DNA of 64,000 nucleotides, from positions 33,122 through 97,121 of the forward strand of contig CAVORE010000008.1 of the NCBI GenBank assembly GCA_963698525.1, given 5' to 3'. Every line of letters starts with the position of its first letter. Positions within the stretch are counted from its first letter, which is position 1. Shown in pieces: positions 37,901-46,211 of this stretch. The notes beneath the pieces are model-generated. The model ran no database searches. It was given only the letters and a program-made list of their open reading frames with translations, and had not been told where the DNA came from. The translations under genes were made by a program, and so were the position numbers. Origin of the DNA: an uncultured Ignavibacteriaceae bacterium (GTDB taxonomy: Bacteria; Bacteroidota; Ignavibacteria; Ignavibacteriales; Ignavibacteriaceae).

Positions 37901-40900
37901 CCTGATATTTCGGAAGTCTCGGCAAAGGAAGAATACGCTCCACCACGTGATGATCTTGATAAAGAACTTGTTTCCATTTGGCAGAAGATACTTGGAATAA
38001 AAGTAATAGGAATTAATGATAATTTTTTTGATCTGGGTGGTCATTCACTTCTGGTGGTCCAGTTATTTGCTCAAATAGAGAAGAAGATCGGTGCTAATCT
38101 GCCGCTTGCAATTTTATTTCAAGCGCCAACAATTGCTCAATTAGCTGACAGAATAAAAAATAAAAATTGGGAGAATAAACCGAGAACTAATATCCCAATA
38201 GAAAAGATTGATAGACCAAAATATCTTCCGCTTTCGTTTCCACAACAAAGACTTTGGTTCCTGGAGAAATATGAGGCAAATACTCCAGTGTATAATATTC
38301 CGATGGCATATAGAATTTATGGAGAATTTGATATCGATGCATTCGGAAAAGCCATGAATGAAATAATCAGGCGGCACGAAATATTAAGAACAAGTTTTAA
38401 AATAAATAAAGGTACACCATATCAAGATATTTTGAGTAAGTTGAAATTGAGTATACCTTTAATTGATCTTTCCGGGCTTCCATCACAGGATAGAGAAGCT
38501 GTCTTGTCAAAGCAATTACATTCTAAAGCCGGAAATACTTTTAATATAAGCGAAGGACCTCTTCTAAGCTGCGATGTTTTTAAGCTAGGACAACTTGAAT
38601 ATGTAGTTCTATTTGTGATACATCATTTAATTTTCGATGGTTGGTCCACAAACGTATTATTAAAAGAACTGAATCAACAATATTTATTTCATCATCAAGG
38701 CGGCACAGAATCTTCAAAAGAGCTACCGATTCAATATGCTGATTTTTCATTATGGCAGCATCAGTGGATAAACGAAGATTTTCTCAAACAGCAATTATAT
38801 TATTGGAAAAATCAATTAAAAGGAGAATTACCATCTCTTGAACTTCCCACCGATTTTCCCAGACCAGCGGTTCAGAAATACAACGGTAAAATAGAGTTAT
38901 TTAAAATTGATTTAGAATTGGCAGAAATGTTAACAGCACTAGGTCGCAAGGAAAATTCAACTCTATTTATGGTTTTATTAACTGCTTTGTACGTCTTGGT
39001 CTATCGTTATTCGGGGCAGAAAGATATTTGCGTCGGTACTGTTGTAGCCAATAGAATTAGACCGGAACTTGATGATTTGATGGGAGTATTTGTAAATAAT
39101 TTGGTTATGCGAGCCAATTTTTCAAGTAACCAAAGTTTTAGGGAATTACTCAGAACAGTTCGTCAAATTTGTTTAGAAGCATATGAGAATCAGGATTTAC
39201 CGTTTGAAAAATTGGTTGAAGAATTACAACCCAAACGAGACATCAGTCGCACACCGCTTTTTCAATTACTGTTTTCCTATCAGGAAATTAACGAAAATAA
39301 ATCACTACCAAATGGTATAAAACTAGAACAAGTTCCTGTTCACTCAGGTGTTGCGCGAACTGATTTAAGTCTTTGGATTGATAAGAATGATTACGAGATA
39401 AATGGTGCGTTGGAATATTGCACCCACTTGTTTCAGGCCGAAACGATTAATCGCTTTGTCGGGAATTACAAATACCTGCTAAAGAAAATTTGTGAAAACG
39501 CTGATCAAAAAGTTTCTGAGATAACAATTTTAAACGGAGAGGAAAAAAATAAAGTTCTCTATGAATGGAATAATACGAAAGCATTCTCTCCTACAAACAC
39601 AACACTAATTCAACTTTTTGAAGAACAAGTAAAATCCTCAGGTAATAAAGTAGTTGTGGAATCAGAGGGTGAAAAGCTGAGTTATATTCAGCTTAATGAG
39701 CGGGTTAACCAAACTGCAAATTATTTATTAAGCATTGGAGTCAAAGAAGAAGATTATGTTGGAATCTGCTTAGATAGATCGGTTGAGATGCTTATTTCAA
39801 TGCTGGCTGTTTTGAAATGTGGTGCAGCATATTTACCGATGGATCCAATATTTCCGCCTGAAAGATTAGATTATATGTTAGATGATGCTAAGGTAAAGGT
39901 GATAATAACCAATAGTAAGTTAATCAACATTTTCAGTGGATTTAAAGGTAAGAGTGTCTTTATCGATGAGGAGTTTGAAAAAATAAAACGTTGTGACAAT
40001 ATAAATCCTGATATAAAAATCAATCCGGATAATCTTGCCTATGTAATATACACATCAGGTTCAACAGGAAATCCAAAAGGCGTGCAGATAAAACATAGTT
40101 CGGTTGTAAACTTTTTGCTTGCTATGAAGACAAAGCCCGGAATTAATCCTGAAGATGTACTTGTTTCGGTTACGACAATATCATTTGATATTTCTGTACT
40201 TGAACTGTTTCTTCCAATTATTACAGGGGCAAAGCTGATAATTGCCAGTAAGGCGATTACTTTAGATGGTAAACTTTTGCTGAAGTTGCTTGAAGAAAAA
40301 AATGCAACAATAATGCAGGCCACACCATCGACCTGGAAGATGATGATTGAATCAGGCTGGAAAAGAACACCGGGCTTAAAAATCCTTTGTGGAGGGGAAG
40401 CACTGCCTCTGGATCTTGCTAAGCAGATGTTAGCCAGAGGTGAAAGTTTGTGGAATATGTATGGTCCCACAGAAACGACAGTATGGTCTGCAGTTAGGAA
40501 AATTTCAGCAGATGATGAAGCGGTTTTTATCGGTTCACCAATAGACAACACACAATTCTATATACTGGATGAAGAATTTAACCCAGTACCGATCGGAGTG
40601 CCCGGCGAGCTATTTATAGGAGGAGAAGGGCTTGCGAAAGGATATCTAAACCGCCCTGAATTAACTAATGATAAATTTATTAGCAATCCTTTTGACAGAT
40701 CAGGTTTAAAGCTTTACAGGACAGGCGATCTTACCAGATTTAGATCAAACGGAGATATTGAATTTCTTGGACGGTTAGATCTTCAGGTAAAAATACGGGG
40801 GTTCAGGATTGAACTTGGTGAAATTGAAAATGTGCTTTCAGAACATCCGCAGATAAAAGATGTAGCAGTTAATTCTTGGGCTGACGCAAGCGGAGATAAA

Positions 40901-41356
40901 AAATTAGTTGCTTATTACATTTCACCGGATGGAGAATCAATTAATGTTTCCGAGTTTAGAACATTTTTAACTAAAAAGTTGCCGGAATATATGATCCCTT
41001 CTTTCTACATAAGACTGGAAAAATTTCCACTAACCCCTAATGCCAAAATTGACAGGAAAGCATTACCTGCACCTGACATTTCGGAGGTATCAAGCGAGAA
41101 GCCATATGTTCCACCACGTGATGAACTTGAAATGAAGCTATCTGAAATATGGCGTTCAGTTCTAAAACTTAAAACTGTTGGGATTAACGATAATTTTTTT
41201 GAGCTTGGTGGGCACTCACTACTGGTTGTTCAGCTATTTAGCCAAGTTGAAGAGCTATTTAAGGTAGAACTGTCTATAGCGTTGATTTTTGAATGTCCTA
41301 CAATAAAAGAGCTTGCGTTAAAAATTAGGGAAACCATTGAGATTAAAATCTCATAA
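34925..41356 (+). CDS. Bimodular NRPS C-A-T-C-A-T, both A domains Gly-like, ending in a bare T domain
   Basis: HHLYADGWS (35450-35476) and HHLIFDGWS (38621-38647). There are two copies of AYVIYTSGSTGNPKGVQIKH, TTISFDISVLE, MQATPSTW, LCGGEAL, NMYGPTETT(I/V)WS and GRLD.QVKIRGFRIELGEIE. Carrier sites are FFDLGGHSLLVVQ (Ser 38045-38047) and FFELGGHSLLVVQ (Ser 41216-41218). The stop comes 46 codons after the last carrier Ser. Confidence 0.9.
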   Translation: MNLSYDEIARLTSEQRALLEKLMKEEGLDVSKLPIPLRQKESKIPLTPTQKRFWFLEKIHPGTSTYNIPIFFKIKGKISIEILEKSFKQLVQRHSLLRTKFIEIDSEPYQEILQHDNFRINVSELNKNELSDKDPDVQKVLTNELQKPFDFINDFLLRILLIKCNKNEFILSIVTHHLYADGWSIRILLKELDEIYNSFNEKKNASLKELTIDFPDYACWLDDHLDDSSLEEQLKFWKEKLNGASLILDLPTDFNRPAVEKYNGAAYHFEIDTTRAGMISALTKKLKVTKFVLIMSFFQGLLHKYSNQNDIIVATAISNRSRSEVEDIIGNFSNNLLIRTDFSEDPNLEKISAHVHQSFLEALQNKDLPFEKLVEQINVGRDLSRNALFQFMILLHQGRHDELINFSGTEICELEPVITTSKFDMLLEIYDGKDSLRGILEYNSDLFKSTTIELMVKHFFRLIEIWSEHTNLPFSEIDILTDDEKNLLAEINNTDAIYPKKLRLHDLFEMQAEKTPDKIAVEFEGKFLTYSDLNSKANKVANYLRKLGIEESQFVGICVDRSIEMLIGIIGILKAGCAYIPLDSGFPSNRLNYMLEDAKVKILLTSNKLKDIFHKVDLKCVLLDDDWKLLEKENEENLISKISSEDLAYVIYTSGSTGNPKGVQIKHKSVVNFLLSMQMEPGITSEDVLLSVTTISFDISVLEMFLPIISGAKLVIAGKAVTWDGKQLLKLLHDTNANVMQATPSTWRLMIESGWRSTLNLKMLCGGEALSIELANQMLDRGGSLWNMYGPTETTIWSSVKKIEPRSESVLIGPPIANTQFYILDNDLKPVPFGIPGELFIGGDGLAKGYLYRPELTNEKFISNPFTNSDSKLYRTGDLTRFRNNGDIEFLGRLDYQVKIRGFRIELGEIENVLSEHPEIKNVAVNAWSDVSGDKKLVAYYTSINGTSIEVTNLRSYLTNKLPDYMVPSFFVKMGELPVTPNKKIDRKALPAPDISEVSAKEEYAPPRDDLDKELVSIWQKILGIKVIGINDNFFDLGGHSLLVVQLFAQIEKKIGANLPLAILFQAPTIAQLADRIKNKNWENKPRTNIPIEKIDRPKYLPLSFPQQRLWFLEKYEANTPVYNIPMAYRIYGEFDIDAFGKAMNEIIRRHEILRTSFKINKGTPYQDILSKLKLSIPLIDLSGLPSQDREAVLSKQLHSKAGNTFNISEGPLLSCDVFKLGQLEYVVLFVIHHLIFDGWSTNVLLKELNQQYLFHHQGGTESSKELPIQYADFSLWQHQWINEDFLKQQLYYWKNQLKGELPSLELPTDFPRPAVQKYNGKIELFKIDLELAEMLTALGRKENSTLFMVLLTALYVLVYRYSGQKDICVGTVVANRIRPELDDLMGVFVNNLVMRANFSSNQSFRELLRTVRQICLEAYENQDLPFEKLVEELQPKRDISRTPLFQLLFSYQEINENKSLPNGIKLEQVPVHSGVARTDLSLWIDKNDYEINGALEYCTHLFQAETINRFVGNYKYLLKKICENADQKVSEITILNGEEKNKVLYEWNNTKAFSPTNTTLIQLFEEQVKSSGNKVVVESEGEKLSYIQLNERVNQTANYLLSIGVKEEDYVGICLDRSVEMLISMLAVLKCGAAYLPMDPIFPPERLDYMLDDAKVKVIITNSKLINIFSGFKGKSVFIDEEFEKIKRCDNINPDIKINPDNLAYVIYTSGSTGNPKGVQIKHSSVVNFLLAMKTKPGINPEDVLVSVTTISFDISVLELFLPIITGAKLIIASKAITLDGKLLLKLLEEKNATIMQATPSTWKMMIESGWKRTPGLKILCGGEALPLDLAKQMLARGESLWNMYGPTETTVWSAVRKISADDEAVFIGSPIDNTQFYILDEEFNPVPIGVPGELFIGGEGLAKGYLNRPELTNDKFISNPFDRSGLKLYRTGDLTRFRSNGDIEFLGRLDLQVKIRGFRIELGEIENVLSEHPQIKDVAVNSWADASGDKKLVAYYISPDGESINVSEFRTFLTKKLPEYMIPSFYIRLEKFPLTPNAKIDRKALPAPDISEVSSEKPYVPPRDELEMKLSEIWRSVLKLKTVGINDNFFELGGHSLLVVQLFSQVEELFKVELSIALIFECPTIKELALKIRETIEIKIS

Positions 41357-41404
41357 CCAATACTGCGTAATACCAATACTGCGTAATACCAATACTGCGT
41401 AATT
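41357..41404. repeat. Three tandem copies of a 16-bp unit (ccaatactgcgtaata) starting at the first base after the NRPS stop codon
   Basis: Copies at 41357-41372, 41373-41388 and 41389-41404. Copies 1 and 2 are identical; copy 3 differs only at its last base. Confidence 0.95.
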
Positions 41405-41571
41405 CTTTAATATCCTGAACTGTGAGAACTCTAGTGATCTTCTTGTATTTTTAAAATTAGATTATTTGAATTTAATTGTATAATAGAATGACAAGATATT
41501 ATCATTTAACATTCACTGACAGATAGTGAGTATGAAAATATTATTTTTTGAAAAACCGGGCTTACAAATAA

Positions 41572-42963
41572 TTATCTTCCTACAATCGCTTCAACTTCTT
41601 CAACAGTTTTAGGAATTGGTTTTGAACCCAACACTCTGTATCCATCTTCAGTTACTAAAACATCATCCTCGATTCTTATTCCACCGAAGTCTGTGAAATT
41701 TTCTAACATATCATAGTTGATAAATTCTGAAAAACGATTTTGTGTCTTCCACATATCAATCAACTCAGGAATAAAATAAATTCCAGGTTCAATGGTAAAA
41801 ATAAATCCAGGTTGAAGTGTTTTTGCCAATCTTAAATACTTTAAACCGAAATCATCACTTCGCTGTACACTTTCATCATAACCAACATGGTCCTCACCAA
41901 GTCCTTCCATATCGTGGACATCCAAGCCGAGCATGTGTCCTAAACCATGCGGGAAGAATAACGTATGTGCACCTGCGTTTACAGCCTCATCAGCATTACC
42001 GAACATTATACCCAGTTCAATTAATCCTGAAGCGATATCTTTAGCAGCTCCAAAATGAAGTTCTCTGTTTGTGATACCGGGTTTTACAGCATTGATGGCA
42101 TTCATTTCTGCTTTTAAAACTATCTGATATATGTCTTTTTGTTTATCGGAGAATTTTCCACCAACGGGAATCGTTCTTGTTATATCACTTGCATAATGCA
42201 GCTTACTTTCCGCACCGGAATCATTTACAAGCAAATCACCCGCTTTCATTTTATTATCGTAATAAGGGTTGTGAAGAGTCTGCCCATTAATTGAAACGAT
42301 TGGTCTGAACGAAAGTCCATAACCCAGAGAAAGGGCAATTCCTTCAATCATACCTGCAATTTTTTTCTCATCAGTCTCTGGCTTTACCATCTTCATAGCT
42401 GCAATATGCATTTTGGCAGCAATGTCAACAGCTTCGTCAATTTCAGATATTTCTTCGACTGATTTAATCGATCTTTGTGCCACCACGGCTTTGATAAGTT
42501 TTTCAGAAGTATAATCGTTTACATTCAAAGGATTCAATCCACTTATCGAGGAAAGTTTCATTATGTTTTCAATTCTGTACTGAGGAAGAAAATAAATCCT
42601 TCTGCCTTTTTTTATTGCGCTAATTATCTGTTCGTGTAATTTATCAGTCGTGGTTGCCCGCTTCACTCCTACATTTTCGGCAAAGTCATTAACGCTTGGT
42701 TGCCGACCATTCCAAACTACATCATCTATCGTCATATCGTTACCAAAGAGCGTTTCAAGATTATTATCAATATCGATTGTTGCAGCGAGCCCTGGTCTGT
42801 CAATTCCAAAGTAATATAGAAAAGTACTATCCTGCCGGAAATTATAGGTATTTGCTTTGTAGTTAGCAGGGCTGTCCTCATTGCCAAGAAATAAAAGTAA
42901 TCCTGAATCAAATTTTTCTTTTAATAATCTTCTGCGGTTAGTATAAGCGATTGTATCAAACAT
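41572..42963 (-). CDS. pepP: Xaa-Pro aminopeptidase / M24B family metallopeptidase
   Basis: 463 aa. Pita-bread-fold metal ligand motifs are present: YASDITRT, HGLGHMLGLDVHD, FTIEPGIY and GGIRIEDD. Confidence 0.85.
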   Translation of the reverse strand: MFDTIAYTNRRRLLKEKFDSGLLLFLGNEDSPANYKANTYNFRQDSTFLYYFGIDRPGLAATIDIDNNLETLFGNDMTIDDVVWNGRQPSVNDFAENVGVKRATTTDKLHEQIISAIKKGRRIYFLPQYRIENIMKLSSISGLNPLNVNDYTSEKLIKAVVAQRSIKSVEEISEIDEAVDIAAKMHIAAMKMVKPETDEKKIAGMIEGIALSLGYGLSFRPIVSINGQTLHNPYYDNKMKAGDLLVNDSGAESKLHYASDITRTIPVGGKFSDKQKDIYQIVLKAEMNAINAVKPGITNRELHFGAAKDIASGLIELGIMFGNADEAVNAGAHTLFFPHGLGHMLGLDVHDMEGLGEDHVGYDESVQRSDDFGLKYLRLAKTLQPGFIFTIEPGIYFIPELIDMWKTQNRFSEFINYDMLENFTDFGGIRIEDDVLVTEDGYRVLGSKPIPKTVEEVEAIVGR

Positions 42964-43220
42964 TGAATCTCCTGTTCAAAAGTTAGTAGGTGTATTTATA
43001 TTAAGTGGCAGTTTTTATCCAGTAACTAAATTAAACATTTTGTGTATCTAAATGTAGCAATTACCTGCCGATAAATCTCAATAAAGAATAATATCCATTT
43101 TCGGGCCAAAATCAATATTTTCTTCAACTCATTTTGGTAAAAAAATTCGCATAAGATTTGTGTATGAATTAATTTAATACAGTAACTAGGTAAAATTTTA
43201 TTAATTAATAGGTCCCAACT

Positions 43221-44582
43221 GTGAAAAAATTATACACTTACTCAAAACTTTCCGATAATTTCACATTTTTTATTTCATTGTTACTATTGTTTACACTTTC
43301 GGATACTTTTTCACAATATAAGTCAGAAGTTCACCATGCATTCCACAATACATTTGTAATAAGTATAGAAGGCGGATTAACCCTTCCACAGACAGATTAT
43401 CAAACGAATAAAACAGGATATGCTACAAGAATTGCGGGAGAATATTACTTTAAGACAAACTCGATACATCTATTCGGGTTGAAATTAAAGGTAGGCTACG
43501 ATCAGCTGCAGGGCGAAGATAGCCGTGGCAATGTTTCAACGCAGGATGGAATGAGAAATATACCACCAAAATTTACGACGGGGATATTCACAGGCGGGTT
43601 ATCAGCCACATACAGCCTATCAATAGGAGAAGTATTCTTCCCATACGTATCAGGAGGAATAACAAACTTATGGTTTGATCCCAAAGACGATCAGAATAAT
43701 GCATTAGAATACAATGCATCTAACAAATATGAAAAAAGTACAATAGCCTATAGTGTAGAAGTTGGTGTAAGGTATTTAGTGAGCGATAAAGTAAGTATAA
43801 ATCTATCAGTAAATCCTTACATCCCCCAAAGTGATTACCTGGATGACATAGCAGCGGCATATTCGAAAGATGCATATACGACAGTAATGATGGGCATCAC
43901 ATACTCACCGTTTTTCGATAATGATCCAGACAAAGATGGAATAAAAGGATCAGCAGACATATGTCCAGAGGAAGCAGAAGATTATGACGGCTATGAGGAT
44001 GAGGACGGCTGCCCGGAGAAGGATAATGATGGAGATGGGATAGAGGATAACAAGGATAAATGTCCGAATGAAGCGGAGGATAAAGATGGCTATGAGGATG
44101 AGGATGGCTGCCCGGAATTAGATAATGATGGAGATGGTATACCGGATGCAGCGGATAAATGTCCGAATGAAGCCGAAGATAAGGATGGAATAAGTGACGA
44201 GGATGGCTGTCCGGAATATGAAGAAGAAAGTGGCGTACAGAATTATATGCTGATGGGAGATGAGGTATTTGAGATGAACTCAGCGATGATAAAGATAGAA
44301 GGGAAGAAGAAATTAGATGAACTGATAAACGAGCTGGAGAAATATCCAGAAGGGAAGTGGCGGATAGAGGGACATATGGATTCGAATGGAAACAAGAGAT
44401 ATTTGAGGAACCTGTCGTTGGAACGAGCGAAGTCAGTGTTAGAATATTTGAGTTACTTTGGAGGAATGAAGAGAGGGAACTTCCAGGTATTTGGGATGGG
44501 AGATAACTATCCGGTAGGGGATAACAACACAGAAGAAGGCAGAAGACAGAACCGAAGAATTGAGATTATTGCTGAGGAGTAA
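43221..44582 (+). CDS. OmpA-family outer-membrane protein: N-terminal beta-barrel-like region, thrombospondin type 3 Ca-binding repeats, one OmpA_C domain
   Basis: GTG start and a signal-like N-terminus. It has CP.EAEDxDGYEDEDGCPExDNDGDGIxD repeats. The C-terminal W.IEGHMDSNGN...NL.LS..RA.SV..YL...GMGDNYPVGDNNTEEGRRQNRRIEI is the OmpA/MotB peptidoglycan-binding motif. Confidence 0.85.
   Translation: MKKLYTYSKLSDNFTFFISLLLLFTLSDTFSQYKSEVHHAFHNTFVISIEGGLTLPQTDYQTNKTGYATRIAGEYYFKTNSIHLFGLKLKVGYDQLQGEDSRGNVSTQDGMRNIPPKFTTGIFTGGLSATYSLSIGEVFFPYVSGGITNLWFDPKDDQNNALEYNASNKYEKSTIAYSVEVGVRYLVSDKVSINLSVNPYIPQSDYLDDIAAAYSKDAYTTVMMGITYSPFFDNDPDKDGIKGSADICPEEAEDYDGYEDEDGCPEKDNDGDGIEDNKDKCPNEAEDKDGYEDEDGCPELDNDGDGIPDAADKCPNEAEDKDGISDEDGCPEYEEESGVQNYMLMGDEVFEMNSAMIKIEGKKKLDELINELEKYPEGKWRIEGHMDSNGNKRYLRNLSLERAKSVLEYLSYFGGMKRGNFQVFGMGDNYPVGDNNTEEGRRQNRRIEIIAEE
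43329..44553 (+). repeat. Left copy of a 1225-bp near-identical direct repeat (partner 47705-48929)
   Basis: Base-by-base comparison at a constant offset of 4376 nt. I found a single mismatch (a at 43654 versus g at 48030, synonymous GGA/GGG). Identity begins at gttcaccatgcattcc and ends at agacagaacc. Confidence 0.9.
43962..44222 (+). repeat. About 2.6 tandem copies of a 99-bp (33-codon) thrombospondin-type-3 repeat unit; the same array recurs at 48338-48598
   Basis: Units start at 43962, 44061 and 44160 (tgtcc(a/g)(g/a)a(g/t)gaagc...). They encode CP(E/N)EAED(Y/K)DG(Y/I)(E/S)DEDGCPE.DNDGDGI.D..DK. Confidence 0.85.
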
Positions 44583-44597
44583 TTATATACGAATAAT

Positions 44598-44626
44598 AAA
44601 AAACCTGATTTAAAGTCAGGTTTTTT
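44598..44626. terminator. Bidirectional rho-independent terminator
   Basis: aaaaaacctga (44598-44608) pairs with tcaggtttttt (44616-44626) around a 7-nt loop. The A-run and T-run give a U-tract on either strand. It lies between the convergent stops at 44582 (+) and 44631 (-). Confidence 0.8.
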
Positions 44627-44630
44627 TATT

Positions 44631-45101
44631 CTATTTTAATTTCTTGATGATCTTTGCTGGAACACCGGCAACGATCGTGTTTGCCGGGACATCCTTTGTA
44701 ACGACTGCACCGGCACCAACAATGGCATTTTCACCTACCGTAACTCCGCACATAATTGTTGATGAAGAACCGATTGAAGCCCCCTTCTTTATAAAAGTCT
44801 CGATAACTTTCCAGTCTGAGTCTATTTGCATTGAACCATCTTCGTTCGTTGCTCTTGGGTTCTTATCATTAATGAATGTAACGTTATGACCAACAAAAAC
44901 ATTATCCTCAATGTGCACACCTTCGCAAATAAATGTGTGAGATGATATTTTACAGTTCTTGCCAATGAAAGCATTCTTCTGAATTTCAACAAATGTTCCC
45001 ACTTTTGTTCCGTCGTCAATTGAACAGCCGTAAAGATTCACAAAGTCGTAAATCTTTACGTCCTTCCCAAGTTTAACGTTATTGATAATTTGCTTGCTCA
45101 T
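44631..45101 (-). CDS. Hexapeptide-repeat N-acetyltransferase (WbpD/WlbB-like)
   Basis: 156 aa, nearly all left-handed beta-helix repeats ([30 protein letters not shown]...[17 protein letters not shown]). It follows an oxidoreductase and an aminotransferase in the same operon. Confidence 0.75.
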   Translation of the reverse strand: MSKQIINNVKLGKDVKIYDFVNLYGCSIDDGTKVGTFVEIQKNAFIGKNCKISSHTFICEGVHIEDNVFVGHNVTFINDKNPRATNEDGSMQIDSDWKVIETFIKKGASIGSSSTIMCGVTVGENAIVGAGAVVTKDVPANTIVAGVPAKIIKKLK

Positions 45102-45197
45102 ATAATTTTTTGATTGTTTAATTAAAATTATTTGAATTGTTCAAAGGAAAAGAAAGTTTTTTGACAAACGTGGTTTATTTATCAAAGCCTTTAATCA

Positions 45198-46211
45198 TCA
45201 AGCAGAAATTTTATCCAGCTCAACAATCTGTCCCATGTTTGCAAGAGAAATATCCGCTGCTTCGAGCAGCTTAATTACACTGAGGCCGTCTTTTCCGCTG
45301 GTTAAAGGTTGTCTGTTTTCAGTTATTGCCGATATGAATTCTTGAGTTCCAAGTGCAAGAGCTTCCGTTTGATTTACTTTTGGTGAAAACATATCTCCGA
45401 TTCTGTATTGAACCAGTGCCTCATGAATACTCTCGGTTGATTTGAATTCAACCCCGCTGTCATAAACTTTTATCTTCTCAAAATTTTCCATATCATCATA
45501 TACAAGCATTTTCTTATCTCCACCAACTATAATTCTCCTGATCTTTACAGGTGATACCCAATTAACATGAAAATGAGCGAAGCAATTATCTTCAAAGTAA
45601 ATGCATATATGAGCCAGATTTTCTTTCCCCTTAAAATTTGCGATACCATTTGCAACAAGGGCTTTTGCATTGTGATTACTAAGCAGGTAACTCATGACTG
45701 AAAGGTCATGCGGAGCCAGATCCCAGATAACGTTTACATCTCTTTGAAAGAGGCCCAGATTAATTCTTTCTGAATCAAAGTATATGATATTTCCCAACTC
45801 ATTTTTATTAATGAGTTCCTTAATTTTAATTACTGCCCCGTTGTAAATGAAAGTGTGATCCACAAATATTTTAAGATTTTTCCGATCAGCAATCTCTATC
45901 AATTCTTTGGCTTCCGAGGAGGTAGAAGTAAAAGGTTTTTCTACCCAAATGTGTTTGCCTGCTTCAAGAGATTTTTTTGCCAATTCATAGTGCGTATCAA
46001 CAGGAGTAGAAATAACTATAATATCCAGGTCCCCATCTATCAAACTTACACAGTCCTTAGAGAGTTCAGCAGCCGGTAACTTTTCTTTGATGATCTGAAG
46101 CCTGTTTTCTCTTATATCACATGCAACAACTTTTTTCACATCTTTATGAACGAGAAAATTTCTTACCAAGTTTGGACCCCAATATCCGAGACCAATTACT
46201 CCAACTTTCAT
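45198..46211 (-). CDS. Gfo/Idh/MocA-family NAD-dependent sugar oxidoreductase (WbpB/WlbA-like)
   Basis: MKVGVIGLGYWGPNLVRNF is a Rossmann N-terminus, with EKP in HIWVEKPF. 337 aa, with a 4-nt overlap with the upstream aminotransferase. Confidence 0.8.
   Translation of the reverse strand: MKVGVIGLGYWGPNLVRNFLVHKDVKKVVACDIRENRLQIIKEKLPAAELSKDCVSLIDGDLDIIVISTPVDTHYELAKKSLEAGKHIWVEKPFTSTSSEAKELIEIADRKNLKIFVDHTFIYNGAVIKIKELINKNELGNIIYFDSERINLGLFQRDVNVIWDLAPHDLSVMSYLLSNHNAKALVANGIANFKGKENLAHICIYFEDNCFAHFHVNWVSPVKIRRIIVGGDKKMLVYDDMENFEKIKVYDSGVEFKSTESIHEALVQYRIGDMFSPKVNQTEALALGTQEFISAITENRQPLTSGKDGLSVIKLLEAADISLANMGQIVELDKISA

Noticed and set aside
36877-40551. Antisense ORFs of 124 aa (36877-37251) and 170 aa (40039-40551) within the NRPS A domains
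   Set aside because: Both lie opposite the same conserved A-domain segment in the two duplicated modules. They are shadow ORFs preserved by the duplication, with no independent coding evidence.
41357-41404. Possible CRISPR array or minisatellite
   Set aside because: The 16-bp units are directly abutting with no spacers, there are only three copies, and no cas genes are present. It is kept as a tandem repeat and not called a CRISPR.
41572-42963. M24 aminopeptidase as the missing NRPS release or processing enzyme
   Set aside because: It is convergently transcribed and is a typical Xaa-Pro aminopeptidase with no thioesterase-like features. Adjacency alone is insufficient.
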